NCBI GenBank assembly: GCA_951406725.2
Contig: OX597814.1
Location: 212,040,001-212,104,000 of the forward strand
Source: Octopus vulgaris
Lineage: Eukaryota
Length of the DNA stretch: 64,000 nt
Reading direction: 5' to 3'
The translations under genes were made by a program, and so were the position numbers. Numbering within the stretch: position 1 is the first letter of the stretch; each line of letters starts with the position of its first letter. Positions 1-12,395 of this stretch are shown in pieces. The notes under the pieces were generated by a model. The model saw only the letters and a program-made list of their open reading frames with translations. It was not told the origin of the DNA and did not search any database.

Positions 1-466
1 ACGCATACCCCCACGCACACACACCCACACACACACCCACACTCACACCCATAAAGACGTCCATGAATCAATATACTTGCTAAAATATCAGAGCCCAAGA
101 AACTGCTCGTGCGTACATTCATACATCACGCCAATCCATGCGTGGCGCTTCAGATATTCAAATGGCAAATGCTACTCTAATTAACGGTTTAGAAAATTAT
201 GCAAAAAGTTACAGGAAATTAAATAAACAACTGTAGTTAATCATTAGCTAATTCATGTGTAAATATCACCGTTAGTTAATGAAGGAATATTGCAGAAACG
301 AGAGAGATATTTATCAAGGTTAAATATAGGCATAAGTCTGTGAAGTATTATATGCACGAAACCATTCGCTGATTGAATAACATTTAACCTGATGAAAACT
401 CAGAACACAACTAAGTTATCCATAGAGAGTCGCATAAAATCTTAAACCAATTTTGGTTGCAAAAAG

Positions 467-1100
467 TTTTGGCACAAAGCCAGCAAGTACGAGAGTAGGC
501 TTAAGCCGATTACACTGGCCCCAGAGCTCAACTTCTACTTATTTTATCGACACTGGAAGCGATGAAAGAAAAAGTCACCTTCGATAGATTTTGAACTGAG
601 AACGTACAAACAGATAGAATGCCACTAAGAATTCTTTCCGACGTGAAGACTATTCTGTGTACAACTGCCTTGATTAATTTCAAATTTGGCACTAGGCAAG
701 CAATTTCGACGACTGGAGTGAGTCGATCACATTGGCCTCAGTATTCAACCGGTACTTATTTTATTGACACTGCAAAAGATGACAGGTAAATTCGACATCG
801 GCAGATTTTGAACTCTGAACGTAGAAACGAACGAAATGCCGCTAAGAGTTTTGTGCGATGAGCAAACAATTCTGTCGGCAGCTGCCTGGAGTAATTTCAA
901 ATTTTGGTACAAGGCCCGCGGTTCTGTGCACGGGGCGAAATTGGTCACATCGGCCCCGGTGCTCAACTATTATCTATTTTATTGATATTGGAAGGAATGA
1001 AACAACGTCGACGTCGATGTGTTTTGAACCCAGAACGTACAGACAGAAGAAATGCTGCTAAGCATTTTGATTGGATAACGATTCGATCAACTCACCACCT
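467..1100 (-). mobile_element. Three head-to-tail decayed copies of tRNA-derived SINE family A
   Basis: Three ~215 bp units, each starting (T)TTTGGYAC and containing variants of AAAGTCGACCTCGGCGGAATTTGAACTCAGAACG; reverse complement of the better-preserved copies at 12396 and 27738. Confidence 0.8.
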
Positions 1101-2581
1101 CACTAACCATCAATTTTAAATTATTAATGTAGGTCAAATGCTGTTAATGCTGAGTTTGCCTTCCATAGTATCGGGCTTTTTAAGAAAGGCACATTATAGG
1201 TGGACCGTGTTTTCAAACAGAGATGTATGAGGATGTGTACGAATATAATTAGACTACGTATTACTATGTATTGAATCAACCAAATTAGAAGATTAGAAAA
1301 TCTCTATAAGGGACGGGATCATTAACTACACACTGAGAAGTAATGATTATTGCCACCTCAACGTGACTGTTCCTTAAGAACCGACATTCCAACAGTTTTA
1401 ACCCCCAAGATGACGGTGAATCGATGGAATTTGCACCCGATATATATTGCAAGCAGGAAAATGAACTTCTACCATCTACTTGCCACGAGACCTCCAGAAC
1501 CTACGGTTTCGCACTCGATGCAACTGGGGGAGACGTGCTCTTAGCGTTAAAATGGTGGTAATGTCTGTTCCTATGGAACAGCATTGTTGAAGTGGTGATA
1601 AACATTACTTCTCGGTATAGTACCTGCTTTCATCTCTGGTACACATTTTCGAAGTAGCTAATTCTCTAGTTGCAATATCAGTGACTGTGTGTCACTTATT
1701 TTCCATATATTGCGAGCTGGAGTGAACTACTGCTAACGCTAGCGGATGAGTATCCACCACCGAATATGTACACAAAGTCCTCGAAACTCTAAGGTCTGGT
1801 GGCTTCGTAGCTGGACGATGTCAGGGGTTCAGATTGCATCGAATAACCAGTTGGCGGATGCGCCCTCCCGGGGTTAAAATGGTAGTTACGTTGTTCCTAC
1901 GAAACAGCTATTTTGAAATGGCTATAAAAATACTTTTATATATTGAACGATATAGATACTTCTTCAAACCCTGTTGTTCAATACAAGGACGGAGAAGGCC
2001 TTCATGACGTAGAAGTTCATCAAGTGTGCTAAAAAAAACACGAAAGGAGCTGAATACAATCTCGCAATGAAGGGCTCATTCCGAATTAAAAAAAAAACAC
2101 GTATGAGAAATCAATATAATCCTTTATCGACAAACATTTGTATTCGCCATGATTATTAGTATTAGCTTTAGTTTTGCCATATATAAGCAGCGCAGAGTAG
2201 TGCTGTAAAACCTACATCTCCGGTATACACAGATATTTTACTTATTATACATGTATATTTGTGGCTTTTTCATGGACATTTCACTTTACATAGCTAAAGG
2301 CAATTCGAGTTGTAGAATGTGTTTGACGTACCTCATGTTGAACGAAATGCACATGTCTGCCGGTACGTTTGCGTTTTCGCCACGGTTTCGTGCAAATCCT
2401 ACTATGTTTGTGCGAAAGTGCGTTCTTGTGTGTGTGTGAGTGTATGTGTGAGTGTGTATTTATATAATTATGTGGGTGCGTGTTTGAGGCCATAACGTGT
2501 GATGTTGGGGCTGATCTTATTGACGATTTTCACAGTGTAATGCGCATAAGCGAATGCACGGTTAGGCCTCACATTTACATA

Positions 2582-3226
2582 CGGTGTGGGGCAGCGAGGA
2601 CGTACGTTTTTGAAATGACTATTACTCAGCCCAGGAGAAGGGAATATGTCTGACAGGACAGGTACCATTCGGTCCGTGGTGCTTTAGCATTTTTTATTCT
2701 TTACCGTTGAAGACATGGCGCAGTGGACGATAGAGTATCGCGTGTTCGTCTACGACATTTACATGGATTATAACGAGTTTGTCCCAGTAGTTAAGCAGGA
2801 GTCTCAGCGCCACATCAGCATTTACCGCAATCAAACAGTGTGGAAAACAATGTGTTTGTGCTGCAAATTCAACACAAACACATTCAAAATCATCATTGTT
2901 CGACCGTGGTCGAGACAATGGATTTTACCATGCTACGCCAGACTTCACGGTCCATCATGGCATTACGGAGGTCCTGTTGCTGAATGCCTGTATCCCTGGA
3001 GATTACATTAGGGTAGGAGAGTGTGCGCCCTCTGGCATTGCGAGTAGATGGCTTCCAGAGGAGGAAAGTAGAAATTACCTCTTTTTCAGATCTACAACAA
3101 TGTCCAGCAAACTGGACTCTCCTACCTTTCAAAGATGACACATTGCTGTCAATAAAAGTTGCTTTCAGTTAAGAATAATGATTTTGTGAATTTTTCAAGA
3201 ACGTCCGTTCCCTCTGCCTCACTCTG
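2582..3226 (+). mobile_element. Internally deleted Tc1/mariner-superfamily DNA transposon
   Basis: Imperfect ~34 bp terminal inverted repeats (CGGTGTGGGGCAGCGAGGACGTACGTTTTTGAAA / TTTCAAGAACGTCCGTTCCCTCTGCCTCACTCTG) flanked by TA. ORF 2715 begins MAQWTIEYRVFVYD..QRHISIYRNQTV, resembling DUF4817-type transposase N-termini. Confidence 0.7.
2888..3141 (-). mobile_element. 3' end of an RTE-group LINE nested in the Tc1/mariner element
   Basis: ORF RRVQFAGHCCR..LLWKP..RGR..DTG..LRNAMMDREVWR matches the RTE C-terminus pattern; the stop is followed by a short TGATGA tail. Confidence 0.75.
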
Positions 3227-3387
3227 TATTTAAATGGTGATAATCTGATCTGCACGTATCCATCAATTAATCTCTTTTTAGTAGACCAGGATGTTAATAA
3301 TACTTCAATCTGGTAAGAAGTCTTACGAGAATTCCATCAGACACACGCAGATACAGACATACACTAAAGTCACACAAACTCACACAT

Positions 3388-3389
<2 letters not shown>

Positions 3390-3424
<35 letters not shown>

Positions 3425-3447
3425 CAGACACATAGATAAATAGATAA

Positions 3448-3514
<67 letters not shown>

Positions 3515-3530
3515 TATAGATAGATAGATG
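3390..3530. repeat. (TA)n and (GATA)n microsatellites
   Basis: Directly visible. Confidence 0.95.
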
Positions 3531-3600
3531 TGTATATATGTATGTATAATATGTAGAAGTTTGAATAGGAACACAAAAGTTGATATGTATAAGGAAAAAA

Positions 3601-3958
3601 GTCAAGATTGAAAATAGTAAAATAATTTTATCATAAAATACATTTTAGTACCGGTTCCAGTCACTGGGACTCTTTCAACTCTAATATGTAAAACAATTAA
3701 CTTTAGTTAAAATTGAATGTTAGAAAAATTAAATGAAATGTTTTTAAAAAGAATATTTGCATAGTATTGAAAGAAAATGAAAATGCTCTTTGTATTTCAA
3801 TACTATGCAAACATTCTTTTAAAAAAACTTTCCGTTTAATTTTTCCCAAATTTAATTGTTTTCCATACTTAGAGTTGAAAAAGTCTCAATGTCTGAAACC
3901 GGTACTAAAACGTTTCTTTTCTATAATAAGATTAGTTATTAGCATTTTCTACCTTAAC
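3601..3958. mobile_element. Inverted pair of Penelope-type terminal repeats, each with a hammerhead-like motif (3644-3684 minus, 3869-3908 plus)
   Basis: Arms ~3601-3703 and ~3850-3958 are reverse complements. Plus arm reads AG-TTGAAAA-AGTC.tcaat.GTCT-GAAAC-CG-GTA-CT. Bordered by microsatellites. Confidence 0.65.
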
Positions 3959-3985
3959 ATTTTTACACACACACACACACATACA

Positions 3986-4049
<64 letters not shown>

Positions 4050-4179
4050 ATATTTTTCCTATCATGCTTGAATTAATTCTGTGTCCATTCCGTGGCACAT
4101 AATTATTTGTGACCTCTATTCTTAGCGATGCAGGTGCTCACGTAGTACCCTTGTATACATATATGTATGTATAAATCTA

Positions 4180-4211
<32 letters not shown>

Positions 4212-4296
4212 GATATAGGCAAAAGTATATGACCTGTGTGTACCGTTGGCGATTTTTTCCTCTGTCTTCCCTTCTCTGGATCTTTCATTCTCCTAT

Positions 4297-4331
4297 GTTT
4301 CCGACGAAGATCTCCGCTCGAAACGTTAAAC
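4297..4331 (+). ncRNA. Minimal type I hammerhead motif in a Penelope-type terminal fragment (~4212-4433) between (TA)n tracts
   Basis: GTTT-CCGACGA-AGATC.tcc.GCTC-GAAAC-GTT-AAAC; stem I GTTT/AAAC; U4C variant; downstream sequence resembles the PLE end at 8926-9060. Confidence 0.6.
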
Positions 4332-4430
4332 CCTCCTTCTTTCATTCTTTCCTGAGCGTCCAATAATACTATATTTGTTCCACGCCCTCGCGTTGTTGTG
4401 TTTTGTTTTTGCTTTCTTGTTTGGATTAAG

Positions 4431-4469
<39 letters not shown>

Positions 4470-4963
4470 TTTTGCCTATACGGCTGTATTCGCTATTACT
4501 AGTAATAGTATTCTGATAGTATTATCTCGTTTACTTATAAATAATTTCACGTACATCGTTTGTTTAAGTGGTGTTTGGCCACTTAAAACAAATTTGCATG
4601 CAGGGTGAGGGCAAATTGTAGCAGTCGTTAGCTGGCAGGTTTGGCTGACTAGAATAAGGCACCATTTGTCGCTAAATTGGAAATCATAATATGAAATTAA
4701 CCAGCAATAATGTTGCTGACCTGGCAGTGGTAAGATGAAATTATTGTTCACTGGAATATTTTCCTATCGTGCTTGTATAAATTTTGTGACTATTCTGTAT
4801 CAAGAGGTATTTTTGACTTCTATTCTTAGCGATGCAGGTGCTCACATAGTACTCTGTTGTACATATACATTTTGCTTATACTGCTGTTATTCACTGCCAT
4901 TAGTGATGGTATGTTCACGGTACAACCAGTCTCATATTTACTTTTATATATACACATACACAA

Positions 4964-5040
<77 letters not shown>

Positions 5041-5170
5041 GGAGAGGTGCAGCCGGGGGGTATATGTCCAAAGGAGAATACGTAATGGGTAGATAGAAAG
5101 TCCAGTGCAGAAGTTCGTGTGTGTTAAGAAATGATACGATAAACATATGCGACCACGTGAGCGTGTGATA

Positions 5171-5492
<322 letters not shown>

Positions 5493-5610
5493 CATTAATT
5501 GCCCACGTATCATAATTTAAAGTAATAAATAATCCGAGAGAGTATTATGCTAAAAACCGATAATTGTTATACGTGTAGTAATAATTGCCTCTATTGAAAC
5601 TATTGTAACT

Positions 5611-5658
5611 CATCTCTGATGATGGGATACCATTCAATTCCCTGAAACGTCTGTAAGA
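5611..5658 (+). ncRNA. Type I hammerhead ribozyme motif
   Basis: TCT-CTGATGA-TGGGA...TCCCT-GAAAC-GTCT-GTA-AGA; canonical core, stem II GGGA/TCCC, stem I TCT/AGA. Confidence 0.7.
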
Positions 5659-5765
5659 CCACCTTTCACTTTATAAATGTCCTAGAAATATCACATGGCC
5701 CTGCCTTTGTTATTTTATTTTATTTAACACATGCATACACACACACATATACACACACACATATA

Positions 5766-6137
5766 CGAGGGGCATTCAATAAGTAATGCCCCTGACCCTC
5801 TTGCAGTTGTTTGATCTAGCTGAAATTTTGTATGTGCACTTATTTATTCGTCTATAGATTAAGTGGCGAATTACAGCTCTGAACTAATTGTGGTTTCTGA
5901 TTTACAGGTGTTTGAACTGAGTCAAGTGTGAAATGGAGCCTGTTGAGTGTCGAGCAGTGATCTGGTTTTTGTATTTGAAAAGACGCACACCACCGGAGAC
6001 TTTTCATGAAATGAATGTAACTTATGGTGATGATGCCCCATCATATGACCTTGTCAAACGCTGGCATTGTGAATTCAAACATAGTCGGAACTCTGTGGAA
6101 ACAGCTCCCAGATCTGGTTGCCCCCTTCTGCCGTTGA
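5766..6137 (+). mobile_element. 5' fragment of a mariner transposon (TIR plus transposase HTH, ORF from 5933)
   Basis: TA followed by CGAGGGGCATTCAATAAGT (mariner-type TIR). ORF RAVIWFLYLK..YGDDAPSYDLVKRW..FK..RNSVETAPRSGCP is typical of the mariner N-terminal HTH. Confidence 0.85.
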
Positions 6138-6207
6138 TGCTAACTTGATTCTGCTAACTTGATTCTGCTAACTTGATTCTGCTAACTTGATTCTGCTAAC
6201 TTGATTC
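6138..6207 (+). repeat. Five tandem copies of the 14-mer TGCTAACTTGATTC
   Basis: Directly visible; lies at the mariner truncation point. Confidence 0.95.
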
Positions 6208-6364
6208 TGACCTTGAACTATCTCAACGGGCAATCTCTTCTGCTTTCATCCAATCTGGCGTCAACGCATATAGATAGACAGTTTGTATCATTAATTTCAT
6301 GGGCTCCTCGTGAGCGTTTGTCGAAAAGCTTGTTGTGCATTTTGTTGGAGAATTAAGTTCCTGG

Positions 6365-6450
6365 ATTTTCCTGAAGAGAAAGCAGCAAAATGGACTCCTT
6401 ATTCAATCGGAATTAGGGACATTGCAGACTTCGAAACATATGTCGAAAAT
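6365..6450 (+). ncRNA. Type I hammerhead ribozyme motif with extended stem II
   Basis: ATTTTC-CTGAAGA-GAA...TTC-GAAAC-ATAT-GTC-GAAAAT; perfect 6 bp stem I, canonical core, palindromic stem III ACATATGT, GUC triplet. Confidence 0.8.
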
Positions 6451-6495
6451 AAAATAAAGGAATTTTGTTAAATCTTCGTTCAGCTCCATTCTTTC

Positions 6496-6570
<75 letters not shown>

Positions 6571-7883
6571 GTATGTATGTATGTATAAACATTGTGAAAC
6601 TCGCAGGCATGGAAGTTTTGTGTTTCTTGAATACGTAGGGAAACAAATTCATGCCATAGTAATTCTACACAATTCTAAGTAAATAAACGCGCGTGTGTGT
6701 AATTCTGTTACTAATTTCGTGGATGAGAACGCAATAAATATTGACACTAAATTCGCAAAATCATTAAATTGCCAAGAAAATTTTCATTCTATATTGCATG
6801 AGCCTTTAATTCCCAATTTCAAATCCAGCTGAGTTCAATACTCATCTTTCGTCCTCCGGCAGTCAAGAAACTAATTTCTAATCATGCACTTGATTTAATC
6901 CGATATTTCCCTTGCAATTTTGTGGCTGTGAATGGTAATATATCATATTCAGTCTAGTATCAATTTAGGTAAGTGAATCATATTGTTTGCAGCTAAATAT
7001 CTTGGTCAAAATAAAGAATCCCTAATTATAAGTGCAAATCACCCACCTTCGAAGGCAAGCGACTTTCTTATGAAATCAAGATTATGCTTTCCTAAACGTT
7101 TCATATATACTACTGATATCATTTATTATCATTTCTATCCAAATTTATTGAATTATTAATTCATTTTGTCTGGAAATTATTAATTCATTTTGTCTGGAAA
7201 TTATTTGTCTGAAATTATTGAATGCAAGAAGGTATTTGTAGTTTTAGATATGCATTGCAACAAATAGAATATATGACATCTTAGTGGAGATAATTATACT
7301 TGTATGTAGTAAATATACGATATCAGATGTCTATGTCGTTTGCGCTTATATTAATGATATAATCATTAACATGGGTAAAGAGAATCCTTAACAAAATATA
7401 TATTTCAATGCATTGAAATTTGTATTGCAAGAAGTACACAGCTCTCAGGGTGTCGAGTCTCCAGCTTGTTGTGACAATCGTTTCAAGCTACTTCATTTCA
7501 CTTGATTTACATCACTAACGTTCAAGAGGAGGGAATGATCGTTATGCCAGCTCATTGTACACCTATTCAAATTTGTGGTCAAGTGACTATTTAAGTAATG
7601 TTCATGAAATCAATAATGTATTTCTCACAGAAATTTGTCTTAATGGAGTAGATTTATTACTTAACGTTATTAATTACATTGCCGGCAGGCATCGTTTATC
7701 GTTCATTGGTCTTTGATTGCCAATCACGTAGACGACAATCACGTTTGAGAACATGCTCGAAATGATACATAGTATAGTACAACAAATATATGTGAAGGTG
7801 TTTGGAGATCATGTTAGAAATTCAATATTATACAAATTGCAAATGAATTTTTCTTGCATCAAAGCAAAAAAGGGTATTTAATA

Positions 7884-8117
7884 TTTTTTTTTTTTTTTTT
7901 GTACTTGTTTCAGTCATTTGACTGCGGCCATGCTGGAGCACCGCCTTTAGAGTGGTGAAAGAGTACAGCAGGGATCACCACCATCCCCTGCCGGAGCCTC
8001 GTGGAGCTTTTAGGTGTTTTCGCTCAATAAACACACACAACGCCCGGTCTGGGAATCGAAACCGCCATCCTCCGACCGCAAGTCCGCTGCCCTAACCAGT
8101 GGGCCATTGCGCCTCCA
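7884..8117 (-). mobile_element. Chimeric SINE: family B tRNA head joined to family C 3' tail, then poly(A)
   Basis: 7950-8117 matches 42722-42890 in reverse; 7903-7947 matches 39663-39708; T-run at 7884-7900. Confidence 0.8.
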
Positions 8118-8574
8118 ATTGAAAACATTTTTTTTATTTAGTAACAAATATTTAAATCTAGCTTCTAAGACAAAAATTGCATTTCTAATAGAAAGAATTC
8201 GGCTTTCGTACATGATGAAAGTATTTGAAGTTGTAGGCAATTTAAGATGAATAAACCACGTAAATATTGTTTAAAACAAGCATTTCTCTCAGATAGGAAG
8301 ATTCCTAATTATCAATACTAGATGTAGCATGTATACAAACAAGTTACATTTCGTATTACTTTATTACTGGTTTTAAAACATATCCACACCTTGTTACCAG
8401 CGCAAATCTGTTATTGGATCAAATGCTCAAGACTCTTGTGACAAGTATTGCAAATACACGTAAAACTAGAATTCTAAATTTAGTAATCATCAAATTTTAA
8501 TGCGATGCGATTAGCAGTTTGCACCCGGTGCGCAAGCATATAAACCAAAGTGCATATATCTTTAATATTTTATC

Positions 8575-8790
8575 TCTTACTTGTTTTAATCATTAGACTG
8601 CAGCGATACTGGGTCACAGCCATGAATATTTAGTCCAATGAATCGACCACAGCACTTTGTTTTGTTGTTGTTGTTGTTGTTCTTTTAAGTGTAACAATTT
8701 ACCGAAACGCTAAGTAACGGGGACGCAAACACACCAACCCCGGTTGTCAAGCGGTGAGGGGAAACACAGACATACACGCAGACATGGACA
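8575..8790 (-). mobile_element. 3' half of SINE family C (CORE-like)
   Basis: Matches 39660-39850 (CGCTAAGTAACGGGGAC..AAACAC..CGGTTGTCAAGC). Confidence 0.7.
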
Positions 8791-8863
8791 TAAATATAAA
8801 CACACTCACACATACACACACATACACACACACACACACACACATATATATACATATATATTT

Positions 8864-8927
<64 letters not shown>

Positions 8928-9024
8928 CGGGAAGCTTTATGAAAATAAACAAAAGACGAAGGCAGGTGGAAAACAAACGAACAATTGTATTAGTATGGCG
9001 CTCAGGAAATATAAATAAAACAAG

Positions 9025-9062
9025 TCTTTAACGTTTCGAGCCTACGCTCTTCAACAGAAAGA
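9025..9062 (-). ncRNA. Minimal hammerhead motif in the PLE terminal repeat
   Basis: Minus strand TCTTT-CTGTTGA-AGAGC.gtag.GCTC-GAAAC-GTT-AAAGA; perfect stems I and II; core has A6U. Confidence 0.7.
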
Positions 9063-9888
9063 TACACAGAGAGAGAAAAACACAGAAAGAAGGAGAGAAA
9101 AAAATGCGTGCAGTAGCTAACGAATCAACATGGCGATCTGATTTCGGCCAGAGGTCAAAAATCAAACATGAGACGCGAGAGCGAAATAAGGGGTGATAAT
9201 AGGGTTGATAAAAGGGTTGAGGGACCAGCTAATAGTGCGTAGGAGGGGTCTGGATGTGTGTATGTATAGGGTTGGTGTATGTATTAGTATGTATAAGGGT
9301 GTGTGTGTGTGTGTGTGTGTGTATGAGAGAGTATTAGTGCGTAGGATTGGTCTGGACGTGCGTATGTATGGGGTTGGTGTATGTATTAGTATGTATTAGT
9401 ATGTATTAGTACGTATTGGTATGTATAAATGTGTGTGTGTGTATGAGAGAGTATAAGTGCGTATGCGGGGTCTGGACGTGTGTATGTATAGGGTTGGTGT
9501 ATGTATTAGTATGTACTAGTATGTATTAGTACGTATTAGTATGTATTAGTTGGTGTGTGTATTAGTATGGCACATCATATGTGATGTGATGTGTAAAGTC
9601 ATGTGGTGTAGTGAGGAGAAGAGGGGGAGGGGGAGAAGAGGGGGAGAGAAGGGGATAGGGGAGATGGGGAGGAGAGGGGGGGAAGAGGAGAGGATGGGGA
9701 GGAGAGGGATGAAGGAGGAAATAGGGAGAGGGGGAGAGAGAAGGGGAGAGAGGGAGTGAGGGAGCAGAGGGAAGGGGAAGAGGGAGGGAGAAAGAGGGAA
9801 GAAGGGAAGGGGAGTAGGGGTGAAAGGATGAAGGAGTGAAGAAGTAGGGGTCGGGGGGAAAGGATAGGTGAGGAGGGGGAGAGGGGGG

Positions 9889-10987
9889 TTAGATGAGGAG
9901 GGGGGGAGAGTTGAGACCAAATGGCGTATAAGAGCGAAGAGAGAAGATAAATTCCTGTTCACGGCACAAACGGGAATCCGGATGGCCTCTGTGTAAGGAC
10001 AAACCGAACACAGATAGGTGTTGCAAGGAGTGACCGGTGGAGCGGAAATGGCATGAGACCGGTGTGTCGTTCGCAAGGTGGATGTCACGAAGGTGTTCCA
10101 CGAACCGGTCAGCCAAGCGGCGTCCCGTTTGTCCGATGTACAAGGAATTGCAGAGAGAGCAAGAGATGCAATAGATAATATTGCTGGAGGTGCAGGTGAA
10201 GGAGTGGATGATGGGATAGGGTCGATGGTGGGTGCTAGTGAGGCGGGTGGTGTTGGAGAGGTAAGGGCAAGTGCGGCAACGTGGGCGGGAGCAGGGGAAC
10301 GAGCCGGGTTGGGAGGTAGGGTCAGGGAAGGAGCTATGGACCAAAAGGTCTCGAAGGTTGTGGGCTCGTTTGAAAGAGGGGAGGGGTCGGTTAGGGAAGA
10401 GGTGTGAAGTGGACGGGTCGGACTGGAGATGACGGAAAGCTCGAAGAATGGTGCGTTGGAGACGTAGGGTCGTGGGGTGGTAAGTGAGGGGAAAAGGGAG
10501 GCGGGAGACTACAGGGCGGGTTCGGGGAGAGAGAGCAGATACACGGTCCACGGACCGTGCTCTGGCAAGGGCGGTGTGGATAGTGGTGAGGGGGATATCC
10601 ACGTAGGGTGAAGTGGTGAGCCATACGTTGAGACTGAGTCTCAAAGTCATGGTCGTCACTACAGAGCCTACGTAGACGGAGGAATTGGGAATAGGGGATG
10701 GAAAGCTTGGTGTGTTCTGGGTGGGAGGAAGAGAAGTTGAGGTATGAGTGTGAGTCTGTGTGTTTGTAGTGAATGGAGGTGGTAAGAGTGGAGTGAAGAA
10801 TGCTAACCGAAATGTCGAGGAAGGAGACAGAGGTGTTGGAGATAGTGGAAGTGAAGTGGAGGGCTGGATGGAAAGATTGGACGAAAGAGAGGAAGGAATC
10901 TAGATGTTCGCGGGAGAGTGAGGTGGCACCGATAATGTCGTCAATGTAACGACCATATAATTCAGGAGTGGGACCAGTGAAATTAGA

Positions 10988-10990
<3 letters not shown>
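9889..10990 (-). pseudogene. Penelope-like RT C-terminal half plus GIY-YIG endonuclease, one frameshift
   Basis: YGRYIDDI, FLDISV, YKHTDSHSYLNFSSSHP..SIPYSQFLRLRRLCS, then CSRPRCRTC and NIIYCISC..YIGQTGRRLADRFVEH..HF..EQEFI..PFGLN. The two ORFs join if one base is removed from the G5 run at 10590-10594. Confidence 0.92.
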
Positions 10991-11028
<38 letters not shown>

Positions 11029-11133
11029 GAGAGAGAGAGAGAGAGATACATATACGGTTATGGATACGCTTGTGGATATGTGTCATTCGTATGGGTATTT
11101 ATAAATTTTTATAATTACATACAATGTATTATA

Positions 11134-11188
11134 CTATACTGATGACGTTATAGAGATTTACATCTCTGCACCCGAAATCGTTCTATGG
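11134..11188 (+). ncRNA. Decayed hammerhead motif
   Basis: CTATA-CTGATGA-..TAGAGAT.ttac.ATCTCTG..-GAAAT-CG-TTC-TATGG. Confidence 0.55.
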
Positions 11189-11353
11189 TTAAAACCTTTT
11201 TAATAAAAAAAATTTGTTCACTTCTGTCGCTTTCAACCCGTGCTAATTGGGTAAATAAAATAGTTTTTAGAGCCATTTGGTCTACACTTCTAGCAAGTGG
11301 CACTACTGATTTGTGTCATTATTATGATTATATTTATATAATTACGTATTTTG

Positions 11354-11418
<65 letters not shown>

Positions 11419-12395
11419 TACGTCTGTGTCTGTCTCTATATCTGAGAGTGTGTGCGAGTGTGTGTTTTGGTGAGTGTGTGTGTGTTTGTGAGTGTGAACT
11501 TGATTACCAGATAGTATCTACTGATTGAAAGTCTTCACTAAAGGGTTCTTATTTCTGGGACTTGCTTCTCCCAGAAGGATTGCCTTCAGTACAGTACGAC
11601 TCCGTTTTCCATCTATGCTTCCATTCTTCGCCAGCTTTATGAAACAACATTTCTACTTTCAGTTATATTACGTGCGATATGCTATTTAGCATGAAGGAAA
11701 GAAACCGGTAAACCAGATATTCAGCAATTTATGACTAAGAAGGTGTCAAGCAACATTTCTCCCGACTTTACTTTATGAATTCCAATTCCGCTGAAAATTT
11801 GCCTTTCCTCATTTCGGACGATAAAAGAATGGCAGTTTTACACTGAGATGGATAATATGTACGTACTCTCTCACTGAAAGTATTGGCTGTGTGCTAAAAC
11901 TTGAGGTCAATATTATGACTAAGGTGTTTTCGCGCAAAATACCGACTTCAAAAATATTTTATTTCTCCCAGTAAATAGAATAATTTTATTCACAAGCTTG
12001 TTTAATATCATCGAAACAAATAAATTATATTTTCAATATTTACTTAAATAACCCCCGTTCACCTTGTCAAAATATCTCAATCTTTTTCGCGTCATGAGAA
12101 TATATGTCAGAAAAAATTACATCATACATTTGAAACAATTTTGATTTCAGTTTAAAACAGCTATATATATATTTTTAATATAGACTTAAATCTATTTCTA
12201 CCTCCACTCCTTCGTGCCTAAAAATCATTTTTTACTAAAATTCCTAAAAATAATAAAGGCTACCTCCATAAATATAAATTTAATTATGTAATCAACAACT
12301 GGAAAAACAATTCTTCTTCATGTATATGCTTATCCCACATAAACTTTACACGAAATTTATTTGCCTCGGTGTATCTTCAATACACCGATAAAAGT

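Larger units (their letters stand above)
8926..10990 (-). mobile_element. 5'-truncated Penelope-like retroelement inserted in (TA)n
   Basis: RT and GIY-YIG coding region, long 3' UTR, terminal hammerhead motif, (TA)n on both sides. Confidence 0.92.

Noticed and set aside
385-445. CTGATGA followed by an ACTC/GAGT stem
   Set aside because: No GAAA or stem III follows; at best a very decayed hammerhead.
9546-10407. ORFs 9546-10088, 9550-9759 and 10078-10407
   Set aside because: Alternative-frame or antisense readings of the PLE coding region and its low-complexity UTR.
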